Notes: generated from the letters alone by a model not told the origin. Positions 32,709-42,325 are shown, numbered from the stretch's first letter. The stretch is 64,000 nucleotides of DNA from Acidobacteriota bacterium (GCA_016211105.1 JACQSX010000029.1:5210-69209), one strand, 5' to 3'. Program-made: numbers and translations.

Positions 32709-32749
32709 AAAAGGCGAACCTAGCGGGCACACTTCGCCCGCCCAGGTTC
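32709..32749 (-). terminator. Terminator-like hairpin overlapping the stop codon of the Cys-rich ORF
   Basis: Minus strand reads GAACCTG-G-GCGGGC-GAAGTGT-GCCCGC-TAGGTTC followed by GCCTTTT. Confidence 0.6.
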
Positions 32750-33111
32750 TAGACTAGAAAGGAAGAATAAAGGATGAAGCGCGGCGTCCCAAGCTCACGA
32801 AGGAAAGTTACAGGCAGCGAGTACACAGGGGGAATTTCTAACAATCTCCAGGCGCCATCGAAGGCGCCACGCGGAGAAAGGACCATGATTGGTTCGGACT
32901 TAACTTTGTACCCTGATCCGTTCTGATCACGACAATTCATGTCGCAACAAGTCATGGCTCCTACGGCCCCAGAGTTTGCCGTTTGACAACAGTTCGCGTC
33001 TTTGTCAGAGAGACACCCGGGCGAGTTGAGCAGGCGCAGATCGCTGCTTAAGATCGCCAAAAATGCAAGCAAAAGCGTAACAGCCCAGACTCTTTTCAAC
33101 ACGGCGTCCAT
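32749..33111 (-). CDS. Small exported Cys-rich protein upstream of cusB (candidate leader ORF)
   Basis: Signal-like N-terminus, C..CC...CC...C core, and C-terminal PRFILYSSFLV. Confidence 0.7.
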   Translation of the reverse strand: MDAVLKRVWAVTLLLAFLAILSSDLRLLNSPGCLSDKDANCCQTANSGAVGAMTCCDMNCRDQNGSGYKVKSEPIMVLSPRGAFDGAWRLLEIPPVYSLPVTFLRELGTPRFILYSSFLV

Positions 33112-33215
33112 TATAAATCACTTTCAGGCAGACAAAAAAGAGGCCGATCGCAGTCATGGCACTTCAGACACTTATCGAGAGGTCCCTGGAGCGCTTCTTT
33201 TTCCTCTTTTAGAGT

Positions 33216-35702
33216 TTAAAACTCGAACCTTATCCCGCCAACGGCGGTCGCGCCTGGGGTAACAAAACCGCTTTCGTAATACCCTCGGTTAAATACATTA
33301 TCCACCTTACCGTAGAGGCGAATTGCCCGGAATTCAGAGAGGGGCCAGCGGTAGCTTATCCCCAGATCGGCTTTGGCGATCCCATCGAACCGATAAGCGC
33401 GACTCGCAAACGTTTCCGCATCGAAAATCGGCGCTAAGTAACCGCTGGATGCAACCAAATCGAAGTTGACAAAGAACCGGCGGCCTAAATGTTGCGTCGC
33501 TACCATTGAGAACTGATGATTGGGAATGGCAAAAGAGTGAACAATACCGGCAATCGAAGGCGCGCGCTGATCGGAGTTCGTATAGGTGTACGCAACGGTC
33601 AAATCCAGCCAGGGGACCAATGTCCCGCCCACGTCCAGCTCAAGTCCTCGTGCCAATCCACCCTGTGTGTTCCGATATCCGCCGAATCTCCCGAATGGAT
33701 CGGTGGCCGGATTGATTGCGCCGGAAAAATCAAAAATGATCATTTCCTGAAGTCGTGTGTAAAAGTATGTCGCCGATGCCCGCATGCCACTCTTTGGGAG
33801 CGCTTGGTCCAACCCGATATCGAACGCAATGGAGCGATCCGGCCGCAAACGTGGATCTCCAAAAATGAAATAGCCAAAAGCACCAAACGACGCTCCGAAA
33901 CGCTCAAACAACGAAGGCGCGCGGTAGCCGTTGCCGACATGGCCGCGTACTTTGGTACCACTGCGGCGGAAGAAGTAAGCAATTGACCCATCGCCGGTAT
34001 ATGCGTTGGGCGGCGCTTCAAAGGAAACTCCTTGATAGGGTACAGATATCGCAGGAGCGAAGCGCGGCCGGCTCAGTAAGAAGGATTGCAATCGAAAGGC
34101 CAAGGACAATTGCAACTGGTCTCCCAGCAGGCGCATTTGGTCCTGGACAAAAAGGGAATTACTACGTTGCGTTACATCGACTACCGAATTTTCAGCGGGA
34201 TCGACGGGAAAGGAACGGTTGACAAACTTCTCATTCTCAAATTCATAACCGGCATCCACAAAATTAAAGCTGCCTAATCGTAAATTCAATCGCGCATTCA
34301 ATGTATGGATACTTCCCAAAAAGTCGAAACGCGTATTCCCCTCGGGCTGCAGCGAGGCTCCGGCTGGGCCATTGCGATGCCTACGATCGGTGACGAGGCC
34401 CTGATAGATAACGTGATAGCCAAGCCGATCGCTTGGCTTGTGGGCAAACGTTACTAACCCAGAAAACAAGTGCGCCGACCGGCTACTGTCAGGATCTGCA
34501 GTCGAAGGAATGAATGTGGCGTTTCCAATGTTGAGTTCTCCAACGGGAGCACCGTTCCTGTACCTCCGGAATAACTCACCAGATAGAGGTACCGCATTGA
34601 CAATTCCGCTCGCGACAAGGTGGCCCACAGCCTGCGGATCCGTGTCGACTTGCGAGAATGAATCGGTTGAATAGAGTCGCATGGACAATGTGGTTGCCGG
34701 CGAAAGTCGAAAACTGACTTGGCCATGACCGCTGCTGATGCGCGCCGTATTTTCTCCACTCACACCGCTGGAGACATTCAGATGAGAGGCGCCCAAGCTG
34801 TATGCCATGCGATCCGCGAGGAACGCACCGGAAACCTGGGCCCTTCCTCGAAATAGACCAAGACCTCCCCCTTCCAGTAGCAAATTCCCGCGCAGGGGCC
34901 CTCCCCCGCCTTTTGTAACGAGATTGACAACGCCTCCGATTGCGTTGGAACCGTAGAGAGAAGAACCCGATCCACGCAGCACCTCAATACGGTCCAGATT
35001 GGTAGGGATCAAATCCTCCAGAAGGCCGGAGGCGTCCCCCTGTGGCGCAGCAGCGTCGCGAAACCGAACGCCATCCAAGAGAACCGCGGTGTCTTCGTTG
35101 CGCAGACCACGCGTTTTAATCGTTGTTAACGCCCCCGGGCCACCCAGCGCTTGGACACGCAATCCTGCGATAACCCGCAGAGCTTCCGAAATCGTAACCT
35201 CATCACGCTGATCGATTTCTGCGGAGCTGATGACGCTGATCGCTTTGGAAACCTCATCGACGGGTTGCGCAGTGCCCGACGCGGTGACGACGACTTGCTC
35301 ACGGATCACGGCCAATTGCAGTGGAATATCGACTTTCTCTATGTTCCCACGCTCCAAACGCACACTCCATGCCGCGGCGCGAGCGAAACCTTCCGATTCC
35401 GCATCCAGGAGATACTCTCCCGGCGCCAGATGTTCAAATCGATAGGTGCCCTCCTGGTCCGCAGTCACGCTCATGCGCCAAGTATCTCCGCGGGAATAAA
35501 GCCTCACAACCGCGTTGCCGACACCTGCTCCCTGCGGATCGATAACGCGACCGCTAATGGCGGCTCCCCTCGCCCCGAACGCCAGCGCGGTAGCAGCAAA
35601 CAGCAGCGTAACGGCGAAGGAACTCCTGAAGGCCGAGCGCAGTCGACAGACTGCTGAAAAGCTCCTCTTCCTTACAATTCTTACAAACACTGGAACGAAC
35701 AT
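33216..35702 (-). CDS. TonB-dependent receptor with N-terminal carboxypeptidase-regulatory-like domain (BtuB-like, probable cobamide uptake)
   Basis: ISGRVIDPQGA, EQVVVTAS, RIEVLRGSGSSLYGSNAIGGVVN and a C-terminal F. Start ATG 35702 follows the riboswitch SD hairpin. Confidence 0.92.
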   Translation of the reverse strand: MFVPVFVRIVRKRSFSAVCRLRSAFRSSFAVTLLFAATALAFGARGAAISGRVIDPQGAGVGNAVVRLYSRGDTWRMSVTADQEGTYRFEHLAPGEYLLDAESEGFARAAAWSVRLERGNIEKVDIPLQLAVIREQVVVTASGTAQPVDEVSKAISVISSAEIDQRDEVTISEALRVIAGLRVQALGGPGALTTIKTRGLRNEDTAVLLDGVRFRDAAAPQGDASGLLEDLIPTNLDRIEVLRGSGSSLYGSNAIGGVVNLVTKGGGGPLRGNLLLEGGGLGLFRGRAQVSGAFLADRMAYSLGASHLNVSSGVSGENTARISSGHGQVSFRLSPATTLSMRLYSTDSFSQVDTDPQAVGHLVASGIVNAVPLSGELFRRYRNGAPVGELNIGNATFIPSTADPDSSRSAHLFSGLVTFAHKPSDRLGYHVIYQGLVTDRRHRNGPAGASLQPEGNTRFDFLGSIHTLNARLNLRLGSFNFVDAGYEFENEKFVNRSFPVDPAENSVVDVTQRSNSLFVQDQMRLLGDQLQLSLAFRLQSFLLSRPRFAPAISVPYQGVSFEAPPNAYTGDGSIAYFFRRSGTKVRGHVGNGYRAPSLFERFGASFGAFGYFIFGDPRLRPDRSIAFDIGLDQALPKSGMRASATYFYTRLQEMIIFDFSGAINPATDPFGRFGGYRNTQGGLARGLELDVGGTLVPWLDLTVAYTYTNSDQRAPSIAGIVHSFAIPNHQFSMVATQHLGRRFFVNFDLVASSGYLAPIFDAETFASRAYRFDGIAKADLGISYRWPLSEFRAIRLYGKVDNVFNRGYYESGFVTPGATAVGGIRFEF

Positions 35703-35750
35703 GTTGATGGTCCTTTCTCCTCCCCTTCGGAGGTTTCCAAGACACGTCGG

Positions 35751-35990
35751 AGGCAGGTTTCCTGACTTGCGGCAATCTGGCCTATTCTCCACGCCTTCCC
35801 ATCCATATGCACGGGAACCCTTTTCGGATCGCCACCAAGACGTGATCGCTCTGTCTTGGCGATACGACCCTTTCAGGGGCGCCGCGATATACTGGGCAGT
35901 GGCGCCTTTCGTGGATTTTGCTGCCGTTTACAGTTGCGAGGGCAGTGGCGGATTTGCACCGCGCTTCCCACACGCCTTTCGTGCATCGTT
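35751..35990 (-). promoter_or_regulatory. Cobalamin riboswitch 2 (gene-proximal, with long insert)
   Basis: Minus strand: GGGAAGCGCGGTGCAAATCCGCCACTGCCCTCGCAACTGT...GCCACTG...GGGAAGG...AAGTCAGGAAACCTGCC, followed by the SD-sequestering hairpin CCTCC-GAAGG-GGAGG. Confidence 0.92.
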
Positions 35991-36130
35991 TCTCTCGTAG
36001 ATGCGCTCTTATATCGCCTGAGACAGATCGGCAAGGAAGGCGGGAATCGAGGAGACCGCAGAACTCGTGATCGTCATCGCCCGACACCAGCCGCTCTCCT
36101 GCGAAGCGTGGCGCGAACCTTACGCATTTA

Positions 36131-36297
36131 AGGCAGGTCTCCTGACTTACAGGTCAACACGCCGCCGGCGGCCTTCCCATCCCGAGGAACAGTGGCCTCA
36201 CAAAACATGCCGGCGCGCTCTCTGTCTACAGTGGCGCGACCGTGCGGGCTTTTCACCCGCTTCCCTTTTAACTCGCCGGTTCAAGACGAGCACCTCA
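36131..36297 (-). promoter_or_regulatory. Cobalamin riboswitch 1 (promoter-proximal)
   Basis: Minus strand: AGGTGC...AAAAGGGAAGCGGGTGAAAAGCCCGCACGGTCGCGCCACTGT...GCCACTG...GGGAAGGC...AAGTCAGGAGACCTGCC (B12 box). Confidence 0.95.
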
Positions 36298-36349
36298 AAT
36301 TGAATTATCAATATCATGAAGGCATCTTGGGGTCAAGAAACAAGGCGAC

Positions 36350-37327
36350 TTACCCTCCAACGCCCGACAGAGCGGCGACTAATGAAAGCGGATCGACCCG
36401 TGCTCCACCGAGGCGCATCGACCAGTGCAAATGTGGCCCGGTGACACGGCCGGTAGCTCCCACATATCCAACGAGACTCCCCTTCGAGATGAGCTCTCCC
36501 TCGGACACTGCAAATCGAGAGAGATGCGCAAAATACGAGTAAAGTCCCCAGCCGTGGTCCAGAATCACAGTATTTCCTGAATAGTAAAGATCGGCAGCCA
36601 GCACGACTCTTCCCATATTGGGAGCCCCCACGGGCGTCCCTTCGCGGGCACGGAAGTCAGTTCCGCTATGAGGGTTGCGCAACTGCCCATTGAGGATGCT
36701 CCGGCTGCCAAAGCTGCTGGTAGCAACTCCGGATACTGGGCGCAGAAACGTTCCACTCCACAACCGCTCGGGTGAAACTTTTACAAAAATGGAACCCACC
36801 GTTTCGGACTCCTGCCGGATGCGCTCCAACTCTTCCGCCGGGGGCGTGACAAACTTTTCTTCCACTGTCAGTCGCCGAGTGGAAAACCATTTTCTCTTCA
36901 CGCGGAGACGGCGGACCGCCTGGACGCTCACCCCATCCTGTCGAGTCCCATTCAGCTCCACCCCATAAGTACCGGGCGCAACATCCAGGTCAATTCCGAT
37001 CAGGCCTTGCCACACTCTTCCATCCTGGCTGGAGAAAAAAGGAACCGCCCTTTCGAGAAGTTTTCCTTCAATTTCCTTCAACGGCATCGCTGAACGAACG
37101 GTCATCAACACCACTTCTCCGGGCTTGAGAGATCGAGCCCTATGAGAAATCTTCAGCGGACGCACTGTGGCTGAGAACGCAAAATGAGTTGCAAGAATGA
37201 CCGATAGGAAAGCCGACAGGAAAGCAGATCTCCTTTTCAGTCGATGCGCGCGCGTGTAGTACATTTGCATGATTTCTCCCTGCTCCCCGGCTTTTCCGCG
37301 GGTGGCGGGTTCATGGTGAAGGAACAA
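36350..37327 (-). CDS. M23-family metallopeptidase
   Basis: HSGTD, HLS and TGPHLH motifs with an N-terminal hydrophobic segment; the true start is probably downstream of 37327. Confidence 0.92.
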   Translation of the reverse strand: MFLHHEPATRGKAGEQGEIMQMYYTRAHRLKRRSAFLSAFLSVILATHFAFSATVRPLKISHRARSLKPGEVVLMTVRSAMPLKEIEGKLLERAVPFFSSQDGRVWQGLIGIDLDVAPGTYGVELNGTRQDGVSVQAVRRLRVKRKWFSTRRLTVEEKFVTPPAEELERIRQESETVGSIFVKVSPERLWSGTFLRPVSGVATSSFGSRSILNGQLRNPHSGTDFRAREGTPVGAPNMGRVVLAADLYYSGNTVILDHGWGLYSYFAHLSRFAVSEGELISKGSLVGYVGATGRVTGPHLHWSMRLGGARVDPLSLVAALSGVGG

Positions 37328-37348
37328 CTTGGATCATCCGGGCCACCT

Positions 37349-38941
37349 TCAGCGTGCCGGAACTCCGCCGGCCCGAGGCTTACTTTTCTTGAAAAGTAGG
37401 ACCAGCGGGAGACACAAAAGGCACATCAGGGCGAGCCACCGAAAGCTATCTACGAACGCCATGAGTCTCGCCTGTCTGACTAGTATCCCGTAGATTACGG
37501 CATACGCCTGCTGCGCCGCTGCGAGAGGCCCAACTTGTGAGCTCAGTCCCTCCTGGATCGCATGGAGCCGCTGTTGGAAAGCAGGATCATAGGGCGTCAA
37601 ATGGGAAACCAGCGTAGCCTGATGCATTTGTCCGCTTCGAAAAATCATGGTGGTGGCAACCGATATACCAACACTTCCCCCGATATTGCGCATCAGATTA
37701 TAGAGACCCGCTGCGTTGCCCATCTGCTCATTGCGCAGTGTTCCCATCGACAGCGTGGTCAGCGGGACAAAAATAAAACCCATGGCGAACCCACTGATGA
37801 TATTCGGCCACACCACACTGTCCATTGCAATCTCAAGATTGACATTCCCCAGCAAAAACGTTGAAACGCCAAGGATCGCCAAGCCCACCACGATGAGGAA
37901 TCGACTATCAATTCTGCCAATCAGGCGGCCAACGATATTGAGTGAAACCATCGCACCCAACCCACGCGGACTTACCGCCATACCGCTCTCTTTGGCTGGA
38001 TAACCCAAAAGCGTCTGCAGGAAGAGTGGCAGGGACGCCATCGTGCTGTACAGCACCGCGCCTACGATGGTCATCAAGAACGTCCCCACGGCAAAGTTAC
38101 GGTTGGCGAAAACACGCAGATCGACAATCGGTTCCCGGGCGCGCAGTTCGCGAATGATGAACGCGACCATGCAGGCACAGGAGATCACGGCAAACCAACG
38201 TATCCATACCGCCGCGAACCAATCTTCTTGCTGGCCCTTGTCAAAGATCAACTGCAGCGTTCCAAGCCATAGCGTCATCAATCCAAACCCTAGATAATCG
38301 ATGGTGCGACGCGCCCCTGCCTTGATGTACGGGGGGTCCTCGACAAAGGCTTGTGTCATCAGAATGGCAAGAACTCCCACCGGAAGATTGATGTAGAAAA
38401 CCCACCGCCAAGAGTAATTATCCGTGACCCATCCGCCCAGTGTCGGACCAATAATGGGCGCAACCACAACGCCCATACCGAACACGGCCATTGCCACGCC
38501 GCGCTTGGCAGGTGGAAAACTCTCCAGCAAAACCGACTGCGCGATCGGCTGCAGTGCCCCGCCGCCCACGCCTTGCACGACACGCGCAAACACCAGCATG
38601 CCCAGGCTAAGTGCCGCGCCGCACACAAACGAGGACAAGGTGAAGATCACCACACAGGTCATCAAAAACCGCTTGCGCCCAAAGAAGCTGCTCAGCCAAC
38701 CACTTGCAGGCAGGATGATGGCGTTTGAGATCAGGTAGCTGGTGAGCACCCAGGTGGCTTCCTCGGTAGTGACGGAAAGATTCCCTGCGATGTGAGGCAG
38801 CGCTACATTCGCTACGGATGTGTCCAGTACTTCCATGAAAGTGGCCAGCATGACCGACCCGGCGATGATCCAGGGATTATGGCTAGGCCGCCACTCCTGG
38901 GGATCCGCGGCTGGATGGCTCCCCAGTTCACGATCGCTCAT
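37349..38941 (-). CDS. DHA2 MFS efflux permease (EmrB-like)
   Basis: MEVLDTSVANVALP, WRWVFYINLP and KGQQEDWF motifs. Confidence 0.95.
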   Translation of the reverse strand: MSDRELGSHPAADPQEWRPSHNPWIIAGSVMLATFMEVLDTSVANVALPHIAGNLSVTTEEATWVLTSYLISNAIILPASGWLSSFFGRKRFLMTCVVIFTLSSFVCGAALSLGMLVFARVVQGVGGGALQPIAQSVLLESFPPAKRGVAMAVFGMGVVVAPIIGPTLGGWVTDNYSWRWVFYINLPVGVLAILMTQAFVEDPPYIKAGARRTIDYLGFGLMTLWLGTLQLIFDKGQQEDWFAAVWIRWFAVISCACMVAFIIRELRAREPIVDLRVFANRNFAVGTFLMTIVGAVLYSTMASLPLFLQTLLGYPAKESGMAVSPRGLGAMVSLNIVGRLIGRIDSRFLIVVGLAILGVSTFLLGNVNLEIAMDSVVWPNIISGFAMGFIFVPLTTLSMGTLRNEQMGNAAGLYNLMRNIGGSVGISVATTMIFRSGQMHQATLVSHLTPYDPAFQQRLHAIQEGLSSQVGPLAAAQQAYAVIYGILVRQARLMAFVDSFRWLALMCLLCLPLVLLFKKSKPRAGGVPAR

Positions 38942-40299
38942 TTCACCTTCACCTCCGGCACAACCGACATCCCGGGCCCGAGTACATGAGCGGAGTCAGG
39001 AGGCTCATCAAAGAGGATCTTGACCGGCACGCGCTGCACGACTTTGACGTAGTTGCCGGTCGCATTTTCCGGCGGCAGCATGCTGAAGCGCGCGCCCGTA
39101 CCGGTTTGGATGCTATCGATGCGACCCTTAAAAGGCCTGTCCGGATAGGCATCCACGCGGATCTTGACAGGTTGTCCCACCCGCAACTCTCTTAGCTGCG
39201 TCTCCTTGAAATTGGCAACGACCCACAGGTCGGCTGGCACAATTGCCATCAACGCCTGGCCAACCTGCACGAAAGCGCCTGCCACAACGATCTTGCGTGT
39301 TACGCGCCCGGCTTCGGGGGCATAGATTCTAGTGTAAGAGAGTTCAAGTTCAGCCTGCGCCATCGCTGCCCGCGCCTGTTCAATATCGGCAGCGATCGTC
39401 TCAGCCTCGAATTTACTCACCGCTACCTGTTGCGTTGCCGTATTGGCGGCTGCCAAACGCCCCGAGGCTTCACCAACTTTCGCTTGCGCTCCGCTCCGCT
39501 GCGACTCCATTTGACGGAGATTTGCGTTCGACCATTGCTCGGTGGCCCGCGCCTCGGCAACCTGCGCTTCCGCGGCCGCAACCCGAGCGTGCGCTGCCTC
39601 CAGTTGGGCAGCGGACATACGGGCAACCGTGGTCACCTGATCCAGTTGCTGGCGCGAAACTTCATCGCGCTCATACAACTCCTGGTAACGCTGGAGATCC
39701 GCATTGGCACGGACAGCTTCGGCCTGAGCTGCCGCTTGCAGCGCGCGCGCCTGCTCCCAATTAGCTCTGGCGGTCAAGACGGCGGCACTCACCTGCTCCA
39801 AGCGGCTCCGCGCCGCGGCGACCTCTGCTTCTGCAGCCTGCAACTCGGCTTTCGCTCTCTGTAACCCAGACAACGTCTCCTGCATCACCGCGCTCGTATT
39901 GGCCCGCGTCAGTTCGACATTCGTGCCCGCGGTCCGGTGTTTGGAAATCTCCTCCTGCAAGGTCGCCTGCGCCTGCGCGAGGCGCGTCTCAAAATCACGC
40001 CTGTCCAGCTCAACCAGAAGATCCCCCGGTTTCATCCTTTGGTTGTCGCTCACATACACCTTCAAAACATGTCCTGCTACTTTGGGACTGATCTGTATGA
40101 TCCGACCCTCAATAAAGGCGTCGTCCGTCGACTCATGCGATCTCGCGTAGAGGTAGTAGCGAATGCCAAAGACAAGAGCGACAACAAGCAGCACCACCAC
40201 CGCCAGTGCGGCAGAGCCTTTGTAAAACGGGCTCCTCGTCCCGGCCTTCGGCTCCTGGTGCGACTCGACACCGCCCGGCCGATCCAAAACTTTGGCCAT
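38938..40299 (-). CDS. HlyD/EmrA-family membrane fusion protein
   Basis: STDDAFI, ANFKETQL and LPPENATGNYVKVVQRVPV motifs. Confidence 0.95.
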   Translation of the reverse strand: MAKVLDRPGGVESHQEPKAGTRSPFYKGSAALAVVVLLVVALVFGIRYYLYARSHESTDDAFIEGRIIQISPKVAGHVLKVYVSDNQRMKPGDLLVELDRRDFETRLAQAQATLQEEISKHRTAGTNVELTRANTSAVMQETLSGLQRAKAELQAAEAEVAAARSRLEQVSAAVLTARANWEQARALQAAAQAEAVRANADLQRYQELYERDEVSRQQLDQVTTVARMSAAQLEAAHARVAAAEAQVAEARATEQWSNANLRQMESQRSGAQAKVGEASGRLAAANTATQQVAVSKFEAETIAADIEQARAAMAQAELELSYTRIYAPEAGRVTRKIVVAGAFVQVGQALMAIVPADLWVVANFKETQLRELRVGQPVKIRVDAYPDRPFKGRIDSIQTGTGARFSMLPPENATGNYVKVVQRVPVKILFDEPPDSAHVLGPGMSVVPEVKVK

Positions 40300-40313
40300 A
40301 ATCCTCCTCGACG

Positions 40314-41726
40314 TTACCAGCGAAACGATTCTACGCTTCCAAGTACCGCTGCCAGGTTGATGCGTGCGGTGTTGTACTGTGCCAGCGCCCCTGTTTGAGC
40401 ATCCCGCGCGCTTGCAAGAGCCGTCTGTGCATTCATCACCTCGATGTTGCTAGTCACCCCGGCCGCAAATCGATCCCGCGCCATCTGTAGTTCGCGCTGG
40501 GCCAGCACCCATGCCTGATCGGCCGCCCGTACTTGCTCGGCTGTGGTTCCCAACGTTTGCAGCGCCAGTCTCACTTCCTCTTCCACCTGAGCCCGTAAAT
40601 CGTCCAACTCCAATTCCGCCTGGCGTCTGCGGCTGCCTGCCGCCACAATCCGTCCTCGAGTCGTTCCTCCGTCAAAAATGGGCACATTCAGGCGTACGGC
40701 AACGCTGCGAGTGGGGAGCGCCGCTTCATTTACGTTGATGCCACTCGGTCCATAATCGCCAACAAACTCCAGTGACGGGAGCCGCTCAGCCTGGGCCGCC
40801 CGCAGTTCATACCGATGGAGTCTGACCTGCTCCTCAGCGATTCGAAGTTCTATCCGGTTGTGATCGGCAGCGACCATTGCAGCCTGCACGGAAGGTAAAG
40901 TCTCCACCGTAAATTGGAGAGAATCGGTCAAGACCAGCGCTCCACCCAGCGGCAGGCCCGTCCCACGCAGAAGCTGTAAACGCGCCCGCTGGGAGGCTGT
41001 CTGCGCCTGCGTCAGACGTACTTGCTCCTCGGCTAGGCGTGTTTCTGCTCGTGACACATCCACCCCAGTCGCAATCCCAGCATTGCGCTGATCCTGCGCC
41101 AGCGTAAGCAGGCTGCGAGCCATTTCAACGTTGGCCCGCGCCGCATCCACTCCCCGCTCAGCGCGCAGCGCCTCAAGATAAGCAAGCGCCGCCATCGTTG
41201 TTACTTGCCGACGAGCAAGTTGTTCCCGCAGACCGGCAATCCTGACATCGGCCCGACCCGCCTGCAATTCCCAGAGGGCATCCAGGTCGAGGATACTTTG
41301 CACCAGTTGCAGCCGCGCATCGAAATTGCTGAAAGGGCCAACGAACGTCGAAAAGCCGGGAAAGAAACCAGGCCGAAAACCGAAGGCGGCCAGGTTGCGT
41401 GTAACATTGGCTTGATAAGCCGACCCTGACAGATTCGGGAGTAGGTTGGCGCGGGCTTCCGTCTCTCGCCCTCGCGCTTCCACCTTCCTTTCTCCGGCAA
41501 GCAGCGCGGTCAGATTACTGCGAAGCGCACGGCTGACGGCATCCTGAAAACTGAGCGGAATCGGGCCCGGGGGTAATCCATCCGGTACATTGGCAACGTC
41601 CAATTGCCCTTCCACGGGCAGGAAAACAGCCAGCGCTGTCGGCATTGAAACCAACACGAGGCGAACAGAAAGAAGCGCGGACGTTGCAACCAGCCACCTC
41701 AGCACACCTCCAATGTTGCTGCTCAT
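40314..41726 (-). CDS. TolC-family outer membrane factor
   Basis: Two OEP repeats (ANLLPNLS; AERLPSL...VPIFDGG); 4-bp overlap with marR. Confidence 0.92.
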   Translation of the reverse strand: MSSNIGGVLRWLVATSALLSVRLVLVSMPTALAVFLPVEGQLDVANVPDGLPPGPIPLSFQDAVSRALRSNLTALLAGERKVEARGRETEARANLLPNLSGSAYQANVTRNLAAFGFRPGFFPGFSTFVGPFSNFDARLQLVQSILDLDALWELQAGRADVRIAGLREQLARRQVTTMAALAYLEALRAERGVDAARANVEMARSLLTLAQDQRNAGIATGVDVSRAETRLAEEQVRLTQAQTASQRARLQLLRGTGLPLGGALVLTDSLQFTVETLPSVQAAMVAADHNRIELRIAEEQVRLHRYELRAAQAERLPSLEFVGDYGPSGINVNEAALPTRSVAVRLNVPIFDGGTTRGRIVAAGSRRRQAELELDDLRAQVEEEVRLALQTLGTTAEQVRAADQAWVLAQRELQMARDRFAAGVTSNIEVMNAQTALASARDAQTGALAQYNTARINLAAVLGSVESFRW

Positions 41727-42289
41727 GTATTCTCTCCCCTTTCGCGGTCGCTCTCGATCGAGCGCTGCACGTTATTTCGCAGCTTTGTCAACAGCCGGCT
41801 CAGTAGGATCTTCTCTTTACTACTCATCACCGTGTAAATCCTGCGAATTTCTGCGTAATGGCCTGGCAGAATCGATTCCAATAGCGCCTCTCCTGCTTTC
41901 GTGATGCGCGCGATTCTCACCCGCCGATCTCCCTCCTGGCCCACGCGCTCAAGCAGGCCTCTCCGTTCCAGGCTGTCGACCAGCGCCGTAATATTGGCCC
42001 GGCTCACCAGCAACAGTTCGCCAATCTCATGTAAGGGTCGCCCCTTATTCTCGCTCTCCCTCAAAATCATCAATACGTTGCCGGCGGACAAAGACAGCCG
42101 TTTCGCGCTCAGTCTGCGCGCAAAGTGGGACGCGACCACGCCATAGGTATAAATTAGGTTGAGGTGTAATTCGACCGATGGTTCGTGAAATCCTCGATAG
42201 CGCCGCGCATGGCGCAGCCAACGATCCAGCGAGTAGAACGAGGCTCGTTTGTCTGTTTCCCATCCTCTACTTCCGGACATTTTAATCAT
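41723..42289 (-). CDS. MarR-family transcriptional regulator
   Basis: EIGELLLVSRANITALVDSLERRGLLER...DRR...ITKAG winged-helix pattern. Confidence 0.93.
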   Translation of the reverse strand: MIKMSGSRGWETDKRASFYSLDRWLRHARRYRGFHEPSVELHLNLIYTYGVVASHFARRLSAKRLSLSAGNVLMILRESENKGRPLHEIGELLLVSRANITALVDSLERRGLLERVGQEGDRRVRIARITKAGEALLESILPGHYAEIRRIYTVMSSKEKILLSRLLTKLRNNVQRSIESDRERGENT

Positions 42290-42296
42290 GGGTCTC

Positions 42297-42325
42297 TGTA
42301 TAATAATTAGCTATCAGATTGTCAA
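42297..42325 (-). promoter_or_regulatory. Sigma70-type promoter of the marR efflux operon
   Basis: TTGACA-17 bp-TATACA on the minus strand, 7 nt before ATG 42289. Confidence 0.65.

Noticed and set aside
35703-35792. N-terminal extension of the TonB receptor in the ORF track
   Set aside because: It lies within riboswitch 2 and its SD hairpin; ATG 35702 is the plausible start.
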